From the NCBI GenBank assembly GCA_041576165.1, contig JBFGLM010000001.1, positions 103,391 to 127,390 of the forward strand: a stretch of DNA of 24,000 nt, written 5' to 3'. Each line of letters starts with the position of its first letter. The first letter of the stretch is position 1. Below are positions 17,088 through 24,000 of this stretch, piece after piece. The notes under the pieces were generated by a model, which saw only the letters and a list, made by a program, of their open reading frames with translations, made no database searches and was not told where the DNA came from. A program made the translations under genes and the position numbers. The stretch is from Acidimicrobiia bacterium. Its GTDB lineage: Bacteria; Actinomycetota; Acidimicrobiia; Spongiisociales; Spongiisociaceae.

Positions 17088-17111
17088 ACTTGTTACTTGC
17101 AAGTTACAAGT
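17088..17111. promoter_or_regulatory. AT-rich 24-bp near-perfect palindrome: candidate operator in the protease/hxlR divergent region, with a TANNNT -10-like hexamer next to it
   Basis: ACTTGTTACTTGCAAGTTACAAGT has a perfect 10-bp core ACTTGCAAGT. The full 24 bp has one symmetric mismatch pair. TACCAT at 17112-17117 ends 6 nt before the hxlR-family ATG at 17124, and there is no Shine-Dalgarno. This is compatible with a leaderless transcript. Confidence 0.5.
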
Positions 17112-17123
17112 TACCATAGAGGC

Positions 17124-17555
17124 ATGCGGGCCGAAGCCGGATCGGAGAGCGAAGTGAATCCCCTCACCGCCGCCTTGGAGCGGGTGGGTGATCGCTGGAC
17201 GCTGCTGCTCGTCCAGGCCCTGCTGCGGGGCCCGCGACGGTTCGGCGACCTCGAGCGCGAGATCCAGGGGATCGCACCCAACATTCTCACGAAACGGCTC
17301 CAGCATTTGGGACGCGAGGGCCTCGTGCTCGCTATCCCCTACACCCAACGACCGCTGCGGGTCGATTACCGGCTGACGGGCACCGGCCAGGAGCTGGCCG
17401 GGGCGCTCCGGCTACTGGCTCACTGGGGTGCCCGCCACAGCGAAGCCGACCCACCCCGGCATGATGCCTGTGGGACTCCGTTGGAGCCGCGCTGGCACTG
17501 CCCTACTTGTGAGCGTCAGGTCGCCGATGATGAGGAGGCCATCCGGTTCCTGTGA
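17124..17555 (+). CDS. HxlR-family winged-helix transcriptional regulator with a Cys/His-containing C-terminal extension
   Basis: Start re-set to ATG 17124, because the longer TTG-initiated ORF would read through the palindrome. Typical GDRWTLLLVQALLRGPRRFGDLEREIQGIAPNILTKRLQHLGREGLV...RVDYRLT. 143 aa. Confidence 0.85.
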   Translation: MRAEAGSESEVNPLTAALERVGDRWTLLLVQALLRGPRRFGDLEREIQGIAPNILTKRLQHLGREGLVLAIPYTQRPLRVDYRLTGTGQELAGALRLLAHWGARHSEADPPRHDACGTPLEPRWHCPTCERQVADDEEAIRFL

Positions 17556-17585
17556 GTCGGGTGGCCGGCGGTGGGTCGGGATCCC

Positions 17586-18473
17586 TCAGCCTTCGATCGT
17601 GTGCTCGGGACCGCGGAAGAAGCGGGTGGTGGGGTACGCCAGGCTGATGCTGGGATCCTCAGCAAACGCGGCCAGGATGGCCTTCCAAACCATATGGTCG
17701 ATCGTCCGCCGGCGGCGGACAACCACCAGCAGCCGGCCGGTGAGCCGAACTCCGTTCTTCACCGCACGAACGTAGACCGTCGGGGTCAAATGCCGATAGC
17801 GAAGAAAGTAGTAAGTGGACGCCTTCTCGATCTCGGCGGCAACCCCGTCGGCCGGATCTGCCGAGAACTCGTCCAGGATCTTCTGGAGCAGTGATTCGGC
17901 TCTCTCCCAGTTCGATTCGAACGTCACCGTGACTTCGATCTCATGCCAGACGTAGGGAAAGCCCTCCGTGAAGTTGGCGGTCGGCTCGGTGAAGAGCAGC
18001 CCGTTCGGCACGTGCAAGATCCGCCCCGTCGACTGATCCGCATCCACCCAGTTGCGGATCTCCAACAGACTGAAGCGCAGCAGCCGGATGTCGATCACAT
18101 CGCCGGCGTGCTTGCCGATCTCGATTCGATCGCCGGCCCGAAACGGCCGCCGCACGAGGATGTAGACCCAGCCGGCGATGTTCTTGATGACGTCGGTGAG
18201 CGCGATCGTCACACCGGCTGCGATCAGACCGATGAAGGTGGAGATGTTGCCGAGTTCCTCGATCCAGACCACGCCGATCGCCAACACGGCAACACTGACG
18301 GCCAGGTAGCTGAGGGTCTTACGCGATCGGAAGATCGCAGCCGAGTCTTCGAACCGAGTTGTGATCGTCCGAATCGCCAACCAGCGCAGCAGAGCGAGAC
18401 TGCCGACAATGAACACCGTCCACAGCACTTTGGCGCTGTTGGTATCGAGGAACGTATTGAGGTAGTCGGTCAT
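17586..18473 (-). CDS. MscS-family small-conductance mechanosensitive channel
   Basis: 295 aa. N-terminal TM helices, then the MscS beta-domain signature VRRPFRAGDRIEIGKHAGDVIDIRLLRFSLLEI...TGRILHVPNG. Confidence 0.9.
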   Translation of the reverse strand: MTDYLNTFLDTNSAKVLWTVFIVGSLALLRWLAIRTITTRFEDSAAIFRSRKTLSYLAVSVAVLAIGVVWIEELGNISTFIGLIAAGVTIALTDVIKNIAGWVYILVRRPFRAGDRIEIGKHAGDVIDIRLLRFSLLEIRNWVDADQSTGRILHVPNGLLFTEPTANFTEGFPYVWHEIEVTVTFESNWERAESLLQKILDEFSADPADGVAAEIEKASTYYFLRYRHLTPTVYVRAVKNGVRLTGRLLVVVRRRRTIDHMVWKAILAAFAEDPSISLAYPTTRFFRGPEHTIEG

Positions 18474-18840
18474 CGGTCACACCCGGCAGTCCGCCGCCCG
18501 CCTGGATGGAAGGTGTCCGTGGGGTCGAGGCGACGGGCAGCACCATCGAGGCACGTACCGACTGGGTCCCCCGCCCCATTCGTTCGCCGTCCCGCGCAGG
18601 CCTGACGCGTTCGCTCCATGCTGCGCACCCTACCGGGGCTGGTACCCCACGCCACAGTCCACGCTCGGCTCTCGACCCGCCAGCCTCTACCCTGCGTGCC
18701 ACCCTCGGTGGAGTCCCTGGTGATTCTCGGAAAAAACCAAAAGGTCGTTCTAATATCGGTGGCCGGCGCGGGCCGTACCTCATGACTGCAGTGCGGCCTT
18801 CGGTGCCTGCACGCTGCCGGAAGCTGCAGGGGAGGGACCG

Positions 18841-19488
18841 TTGACAAATCAGCCCGACAGCAGCGACTGGGTGACCGAGCCGGTTCAGGCTCGTAGCCAG
18901 GAAACTCTCACCCGGTTTCTGGACGCCGCCGAGGAGCTCCTGAAAGAGCAGTCGTTCGACGACATCACTGTCGCCGAGATAGTGCGCCGAGCGGAGCGGA
19001 CGGTGGGCTCCTTCTACGCCAGATTCACCGACAAGGATGCTCTCGTCCGCACTCTCGTCCAGCGTGTGATGGATGAGCTCGTCGCCAACATGCGGGATCG
19101 GTTCGCACCCGACCACTGGCGTGAGACTCCTATTGTGGAAATCGTGTCGGCCGCCGTCGCCGCTGCCGCCACTACGCTCTGGAAGCACGTCCACGTGGCC
19201 CGCGCCGCGCTGATCCTGGCCAGCCGCGACGAGCACGCACGCATCTTTCGGGCTGCCAACTATCAGGCGATGTCGGAAGCTGTCGTCTTCGCCATGAAGG
19301 CCTCAGAAGCGGACCCGGACGACGTTCCCCCCGACAGTGCGATTCGTGACGCCATCGAGGTGGTGACCGCCGTGCTGGACACACGCCTCCTCTACGCCGA
19401 CTCGTGGAAACCCGGGGAGATGCTCGACCTCGGCCGGGAGATAGACGACATCACCGATATCTGTCTACGGGTGCTGCGACTGGGATAG
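18841..19488 (+). CDS. TetR/AcrR-family transcriptional regulator
   Basis: 215 aa. TTG start with GGAGG at 18831-18835, 5 nt upstream. N-terminal HTH RSQETLTRFLDAAEELLKEQSFDDITVAEIVRRAERTVGSFYARFTDKDAL. Confidence 0.85.
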   Translation: MTNQPDSSDWVTEPVQARSQETLTRFLDAAEELLKEQSFDDITVAEIVRRAERTVGSFYARFTDKDALVRTLVQRVMDELVANMRDRFAPDHWRETPIVEIVSAAVAAAATTLWKHVHVARAALILASRDEHARIFRAANYQAMSEAVVFAMKASEADPDDVPPDSAIRDAIEVVTAVLDTRLLYADSWKPGEMLDLGREIDDITDICLRVLRLG

Positions 19489-19665
19489 TGCCGATCGACG
19501 ACGCGGGCGCTGGTCCAGCGAGACCGAACCGCACCGTCCTGCGCGGCCGTTGCCCTCGAGGCCCGCGGCCACCATCTCGCCGGACTCTGATCGAGTCAGC
19601 TCCCCCGCCATCGGCGCCGCCGGGACGGGTGGCTAGGTTGACTGATCCACGATCGGGATGAGGCC

Positions 19666-20448
19666 ATGACGAGGAGGATCCGGATCGGCGTGCAGCTGGC
19701 CCCACAACACGCCGAGTATGCCGACATTCGCCGGGCCATACTCCGCGCCGAGGAGCTCGGGGTGGACGTCGTCTACAACTGGGATCACTTCTTTCCAGTC
19801 TGGGGCGATGCCAACGGCAAGCACTTCGAATGCTGGACGATGCTGGGGGCGTGGGCGGAGGTGACCGAGCGTGTAGAGATCGGCGCGCTGGTCAGCTGCA
19901 ACTCCTATCGCAACCCGCACCTCCTGGCCGACATGGCCCGCACGGTCGACCACATCAGCGGCGGACGCCTGATCTTGGGCATGGGTTCGGGCTGGTTTGA
20001 GCGCGACTACACCGAGTATGAGTACCCGTACGGGACCGCCGGCGGTCGGCTCCGGGAGCTGGAGGTGGGTTTGTACAAGATTCGGCGTCGCTTGTCCCAG
20101 CTCAATCCCCCGCCGACTCGCTCCATCCCGGTGCTTATCGGAGGTGGCGGGGAGAAGCTCACACTGCGGCTGACGGCGCAATACGCCGACATCTGGCATG
20201 GCTTCGGCAGCCCGGACGTCATTCAGCGAAAGAACGCGGTGCTGAACGATTGGTGCGTCCGCCTGGGCCGCGACCCGACCGAGATCGAGCGGGCGGTGGG
20301 GGTGGACGCCGGAACGCCCGTTGCCACCGGTGACGAGCTCTTCGCAGCCGGAGTGACCCAGCTGACGATCGGACTCAACGGTCCCGATTACGATACGGAT
20401 CCGATCACCGACTGGCTGGCCTGGGCGCAGGAGAAGAACGGCCGATGA
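19666..20448 (+). CDS. Luciferase-like (LLM class) F420-dependent oxidoreductase family protein
   Basis: 260 aa. IGVQL at the N-terminus, WDHF, ECWTMLGAWA, NPHLLADMARTVDHISGGRLILGMGSGW and LIGGGGEK, all typical of LLM-class enzymes. Confidence 0.85.
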   Translation: MTRRIRIGVQLAPQHAEYADIRRAILRAEELGVDVVYNWDHFFPVWGDANGKHFECWTMLGAWAEVTERVEIGALVSCNSYRNPHLLADMARTVDHISGGRLILGMGSGWFERDYTEYEYPYGTAGGRLRELEVGLYKIRRRLSQLNPPPTRSIPVLIGGGGEKLTLRLTAQYADIWHGFGSPDVIQRKNAVLNDWCVRLGRDPTEIERAVGVDAGTPVATGDELFAAGVTQLTIGLNGPDYDTDPITDWLAWAQEKNGR

Positions 20449-20497
20449 GGCGGCCGCCGGTCTCAGCTTGGGACTGGTGATGCTCTAACGTCTCCCG

Positions 20498-21460
20498 ATG
20501 CTCATTTGGGGACTGGTGCTGGTTGTCGCCGGCATTGTGGTGATGTGGCTCGCGGCGGACCCGTTCGTAGTCGCCGCCGCCCGTCTCGCCTATTTGTGGG
20601 GAGTCTCGCCCGTCCTCATCGGCGCGTTGGTGATCGGATTCGGCACATCTGCCCCGGAGCTCCTCGTCAGCGGCATCTCGGCGGCCCAGGGTGAACTCGA
20701 AGCTGCGGTCGGCAACGTGGTCGGCTCGAACGCCGCCAACTTGAGTCTGGTGCTGGGCGTCAGCGCACTGATGTCCCCTGTGTCGGGGCACCTCCGCACG
20801 GTGCGGCGGGAAGGAGCCGTCACGCTGGTGGCGATGGTCATCATGAGCTGGATCATGCTCGACGACCGGCTGGACCGAGTTGAGGGTCTCGCGCTGCTCA
20901 TGGGCATGGCCGTCGCCAGCGCATTGATCGTGGCATGGTCCAGGCGCGACATCGCTATCGGGGCGGTCGAGTTGGACATCGAGGGGGTGCATCCTGGCGA
21001 GCACTACGCAGTTTCCCGCGAGCTCCGCAACGCGGCCCTCGGCATCATCGCAATTGTCGTGGGTGCGGCGTTACTGAACCGGGGAGGAACGATCCTGGCC
21101 GACGTACTGGGGCTGACCGGCGGGTTCATCGGCGCCACCATTTTCGCGCTCGGAACCAGCCTCCCCGAGCTCGTCACCGCAATTGCAGCAGCCCGCCGCC
21201 GAGCCAACGACCTGGTTGTCGGCAACGTCATGGGCTCCAACATCTTCAACTCGCTGTTGGTCGTCGGGAGCGCGGCTGCCCTCGGGCCCGGCGTGCTCAG
21301 CGAGCGCCGCATAAGCGAGCTCATCATCATGCTGTTGATCGGGGTGGCGGCCGGAACGTTCGTCGCCACCGGGAACCGCCTCAACCGGATCGAGGGCGCC
21401 GGGCTGCTGCTTGCATACGGGGGCTTCCTGGCCGCCACTGCCCAGATGGCGACCGGCTGA
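20498..21460 (+). CDS. CaCA-family cation/Ca2+ exchanger (YrbG-like sodium/calcium antiporter)
   Basis: 320 aa and polytopic. Both alpha-repeat signatures are present: GFGTSAPELLVS and ALGTSLPELVTA, each followed by GNV(V/M)GSN. Confidence 0.9.
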   Translation: MLIWGLVLVVAGIVVMWLAADPFVVAAARLAYLWGVSPVLIGALVIGFGTSAPELLVSGISAAQGELEAAVGNVVGSNAANLSLVLGVSALMSPVSGHLRTVRREGAVTLVAMVIMSWIMLDDRLDRVEGLALLMGMAVASALIVAWSRRDIAIGAVELDIEGVHPGEHYAVSRELRNAALGIIAIVVGAALLNRGGTILADVLGLTGGFIGATIFALGTSLPELVTAIAAARRRANDLVVGNVMGSNIFNSLLVVGSAAALGPGVLSERRISELIIMLLIGVAAGTFVATGNRLNRIEGAGLLLAYGGFLAATAQMATG

Positions 21461-21475
21461 TCTGCGGCCCACCTG

Positions 21476-22369
21476 TCAGGTCGCGGCCGGATCTAGCGCG
21501 GCGCCGATCTCACGATCGTTGGCCTCGCTGACCACCGGCATCCTGCGGGCAAAGACCCGGAGCAGAATGAGGCCGCCGATCCCCGCCGCCAGCCCGCTCC
21601 ATTGGCTCCAGGTGAACGGGCCGAGGGTCGCATCACCGTTGACGTCGAGCGACAGGCGGGCGAAGTCGATGACGAACCGCTGGAAGCCGTACCAGGTCAC
21701 CCAGGTGGCAAACAGCTGGCCGTAATGCAGCGGGCGCCCGGACCGGTACAACCAGACGAGAAACACCAACAGCAGGGCTGCGCCCACCAGGTCGTACAAC
21801 GCCGTGTGGTGGTAGACGCCGCACAGGCCGTCGGCCCCCGCAGTCGCACATTCCAGCGCATCGTGCTGAGGGGCGACGTCGTAGCCGGGTTTGATGCCGA
21901 AGCCGAGGAAGAACGTCGTTGGGCCGCCGAGGTGCTCGACGATGGCCAGGTCACCGATTCTCCCGACAACGGTACCGAGCGCCATGCCAAAAGAGGCCAT
22001 GTCCGCGTAGGCGAGGAACGGAAGCTGCAGCCGGCGCAAACGCAGCCATCCCCCCAGAATGCCGCCGGCATAGCCGCCCAGTATGGAATACGAGCCGGCG
22101 GGGTTGAATGCGTCGCCCAATCCAAAACCAGGATCACCGAGGTGGGCGGGCACCGTCAGGAAACGGGCGCCCAGAATGGCACCAATCAGGGCCCACGTCA
22201 GTACCGAGGCAAACTTCTCTGCGTCGTAGCCCCGAGACCGGACATAGCGGGTGGCCAGCCATGCGCCGGCGAGAAAGCCCAGGGCAGCAAACACCCCGTG
22301 CAACGAGAGGCGGATCGGCCCCACCTCGAAGATGGGTATCGGAGGATATGAGATTGCGCCCAGCACCAC
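21476..22369 (-). CDS. lgt: Lgt-family prolipoprotein diacylglyceryl transferase paralog (non-canonical active-site residues)
   Basis: Lgt blocks IPIFEVGPIRLSLHGVFAALGFL, SILGGYAGGILGG, GRIGDLAIVEHLGG, HHTALYDLVG and WYGFQRFVIDFAR. The His/Arg/Gln-rich N-terminal part of ORF 21476..22798 is discarded. GTG 22369 is preferred and ATG 22477 is an alternative; third-position GC drops between them. Confidence 0.8.
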   Translation of the reverse strand: MVLGAISYPPIPIFEVGPIRLSLHGVFAALGFLAGAWLATRYVRSRGYDAEKFASVLTWALIGAILGARFLTVPAHLGDPGFGLGDAFNPAGSYSILGGYAGGILGGWLRLRRLQLPFLAYADMASFGMALGTVVGRIGDLAIVEHLGGPTTFFLGFGIKPGYDVAPQHDALECATAGADGLCGVYHHTALYDLVGAALLLVFLVWLYRSGRPLHYGQLFATWVTWYGFQRFVIDFARLSLDVNGDATLGPFTWSQWSGLAAGIGGLILLRVFARRMPVVSEANDREIGAALDPAAT

Positions 22370-22480
22370 GCTGAGGTTACCGCCCCCGGGCACGCATTGA
22401 ATCAGTCGAATGTCGCGCCATGGACTCTGATTGTCCGGCCCGGGGTACAATGGCGCCGTTCCGCCAACCCCCCGCATCGC

Positions 22481-22936
22481 ATGATCGATCCTTCCAATCA
22501 ACGATACGTCGCGCCGACCCTCGTCCTGGCCGGGCTGTGGACAGCCGCCGTGTGGGGTTCGAGGCTCCGACTGCTGACAGCGGGCGAAGCCGCTAACTGG
22601 CCGACCGTGGCCCGCATCGTCGTTTCTCTGGCTCTTGCGGGCATGCTGCTGCTGCTGGCAGTCGGCGCTAGCAGTCGCCAGAGTTCGGGTGCGCCTGCGA
22701 TCCTGTTCGCGTTCTCCGTCTGGATGGTGATCGTGTGGGTGCCGGCCACGTTGAGCGTGGCGGCGGGCAACGGTTCGTTGTCTTTCAAGGGTGTGCACAC
22801 CGTCCTCGCCATCGTGTCCCTGGCGTTTGGCGCGGCGCTGGCCGGCCAGGCGCGGCGCGAAATGACTTTCAGCCGACCAGCACGTCGATCAGGACCGCCG
22901 CGAACAGCAGTGCCAGGTATACGTTCGAGTAGGTGA
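22481..22936 (+). CDS. Hypothetical four-helix membrane protein
   Basis: ATG at 22481 within ORF 22397..22936. Four hydrophobic segments: TLVLAGLWTAAVWG, IVVSLALAGMLLLLAV, ILFAFSVWMVIVWVPATL and VLAIVSLAFGAALAG. GC-rich third positions hold until the tail, which reads antisense into the 3' end of ctaB. No family recognised. Confidence 0.55.
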   Translation: MIDPSNQRYVAPTLVLAGLWTAAVWGSRLRLLTAGEAANWPTVARIVVSLALAGMLLLLAVGASSRQSSGAPAILFAFSVWMVIVWVPATLSVAAGNGSLSFKGVHTVLAIVSLAFGAALAGQARREMTFSRPARRSGPPRTAVPGIRSSR

Positions 22937-23777
22937 ACAACCGCATGGACCGCTGCGGGTCCTGCATGACCCGGAACGCTTGGAGCACAAACCCGGCTCC
23001 GAGAGCTACCGCTGCCAGCATGTACAACCAGCCGAGGCCGGCGACAGGCACCAAGGCCAGTGAGACCATCCCCACGATGCCCGTATACAGCAGGATGTGG
23101 CGCGTGGTCTGTGTGACTCCGGCCACCACCGGCAGCATGGGCACCCCCGCCGCCGCATAGTCCTCCCGATAGCGCAATGAAAGTGCCCAGAAATGAGGCG
23201 GGGTCCAGTAGAAGACTATGGCGAACATGATCCATGCGGCCAGGGAAAGGGAGCCGGTGACTGCGGCCCAACCCACCAGCGTGGGCGCGGCGCCGGCCGC
23301 ACCTCCGATCACGATGTTCTTGGGAGTTGTCCGCTTCAACGCCAGGGTGTAGACCAGCACATAGAACAACAACGCTGCGGTCGACAGTGCCGCTGCCAGT
23401 AGGTTGGTCGCGGCCCACAGCCAGGCGAAACCAGCGAGGCCAAGGACGATTCCGAACCGAAGCGCTGCAGCCGGTTCCACCCGATGGCGGGGCAGCGTCC
23501 GCTGCGAAGTCCGGCGCATCAGCCGGTCGATGTCGCGATCGACGTAGTTGTTGATGGCGTTGGCTCCGCCCGCCGACAGGGTGCCGCCGATGAGCGTGGC
23601 TACAACAAGCCAGGTACCTGGCCACCGGCCGGCGGCCAGGACCATCGACGGTACGGTGGTGATGAGAAGCAGCTCGATGATCCGCGGCTTCATCAACTCC
23701 ACATATGCCGCAGCGATCGCTCGCCCCCCTCGAATCGGAGACGCGGGGTCGGTGATCGTCACGCCGGGATCCGCCAT
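22869..23777 (-). CDS. ctaB: Protoheme IX farnesyltransferase (heme O synthase)
   Basis: 302 aa. YVELMKPRIIELLLITTVPSM, GGANAINNYVDRDIDRLMRRT (UbiA-type Asp-rich motif), and YWTPPHFWALSL plus DYAAAGVPMLPV. Confidence 0.93.
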   Translation of the reverse strand: MADPGVTITDPASPIRGGRAIAAAYVELMKPRIIELLLITTVPSMVLAAGRWPGTWLVVATLIGGTLSAGGANAINNYVDRDIDRLMRRTSQRTLPRHRVEPAAALRFGIVLGLAGFAWLWAATNLLAAALSTAALLFYVLVYTLALKRTTPKNIVIGGAAGAAPTLVGWAAVTGSLSLAAWIMFAIVFYWTPPHFWALSLRYREDYAAAGVPMLPVVAGVTQTTRHILLYTGIVGMVSLALVPVAGLGWLYMLAAVALGAGFVLQAFRVMQDPQRSMRLFTYSNVYLALLFAAVLIDVLVG

Positions 23778-23814
23778 CGGCTCAGGATACCGCTCTGCTC
23801 CCGCACAGCCTCAT

Positions 23815-24000
23815 TCACCGGCCGGCGATCACGGCGGCAGCGGCTACTACCGGCGGGAGCTCCAGCCATCCCCGGTCCGCCCCGACCCTCGGATTGTGGA
23901 GATGCGGAAATGGGACCGGCGGGATCGGATGACCGAGAAACGGACACAGCTGCTCCCATCCGTCGCCCTCTGTGATGTTCAACTCGAGCAGGTCGTACGG
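23815..24000 (-). CDS. C-terminal fragment (61 codons plus stop) of a sulfotransferase-family-like protein; the gene starts beyond the window end
   Basis: Not in the ORF track, because it has no start inside the window. The minus-strand frame from nt 24000 reads PYDLLELNITEGDGWEQLCPFLGHPIPPVPFPHLHNPRVGADRGWLELPPVVAAAAVIAGR with a TGA stop at 23815-23817. The GWExLCxFLGxPxPxxPFPHxN pattern matches my recollection of bacterial Sulfotransfer_4-type C-termini. Confidence 0.5.
   Translation of the reverse strand, partial: PYDLLELNITEGDGWEQLCPFLGHPIPPVPFPHLHNPRVGADRGWLELPPVVAAAAVIAGR

Noticed and set aside
16863-17348. 161-aa minus-strand ORF across the protease/hxlR intergenic region
   Set aside because: It overlaps the hxlR-family gene antisense and reads through the palindromic operator. 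No motifs were found.
18474-18720. Possible c-di-AMP (ydaO-type) riboswitch in the mscS leader, suggested by GAAUC and GGGGGACCCA strings on the minus strand
   Set aside because: The two elements are about 190 nt apart and in the wrong order. The highly conserved CAGCUAACC/ACCCGAA segments I remember from that class are absent. An Infernal scan would settle it.
18319-19236. 305-aa minus-strand ORF, plus ORFs 18470..18847 (-) and 18506..18844 (+), spanning the mscS-tetR gap
   Set aside because: All have low-complexity Arg/Pro/Gly composition, and they overlap mscS and tetR. The + strand ORF ends in a TTGA overlap with the tetR TTG start, which caught my eye. But nothing in its sequence looks protein-like.
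22478-22798. N-terminal extension of the Lgt ORF 21476..22798
   Set aside because: It is a His/Arg/Gln/Asp-rich stretch with no hydrophobic helix. It lies antisense to a credible four-helix membrane protein gene on the + strand.
22498-23625. 375-aa minus-strand ORF overlapping ctaB
   Set aside because: It is an alternative frame of ctaB. It has Arg/Gly/His-rich composition, whereas the ctaB frame carries the diagnostic UbiA-family motifs.
1-24000. Search for tRNA/rRNA genes, CRISPR repeats, IS elements, integrases, toxin-antitoxin pairs or known defence genes
   Set aside because: T-loop-like strings (for example GGTTCGAT at about 3166, GTTCGAATC at 781) fall inside well-supported CDSs without acceptor or anticodon stems. 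I saw no spaced direct repeats, no terminal inverted repeats and no transposase- or recombinase-like ORFs.

Overview
GC-rich, gene-dense chromosomal segment with about 28 protein-coding genes on both strands. It looks Actinomycetota-like: an F420-type LLM oxidoreductase, many GTG/TTG starts, frequent 4-nt stop/start overlaps, and long Arg/Pro-rich shadow ORFs on the antisense strands. I found no rRNA, tRNA, CRISPR array, transposase or integrase. Most genes are ordinary metabolism or housekeeping: a 5'-truncated form-II CoxL-like molybdoenzyme subunit, DUF2461, proA, an HSL-type esterase, a PaaI thioesterase, RidA, a MaoC dehydratase, a family-3 acyltransferase, AlaX, oligopeptidase B, a type II HAD hydrolase, NnrE-NadK, a signal-less HtrA-like protease, HxlR and TetR regulators, MscS, an LLM oxidoreductase, a CaCA antiporter, ctaB, and a 3' sulfotransferase-like fragment missing from the ORF track. 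The stand-out is a minus-strand module at 10968-13686, possibly extending to 14417. A divergent Lgt-family (prolipoprotein diacylglyceryl transferase-like) membrane protein, a 119-aa three-helix membrane protein and a 526-aa Cys-rich radical SAM enzyme are joined by GTGA and ATGA stop/start overlaps. From memory, the radical SAM layout resembles the COG1964/MJ0619 family that includes the archaeal tetraether lipid synthase (Tes/GDGT-MAS). I therefore propose an uncharacterised membrane-lipid modifying system, as inference only. A second non-canonical Lgt paralog lies 8 kb away beside ctaB. Several ORF-track starts were re-set using Shine-Dalgarno positions and stop/start overlaps.
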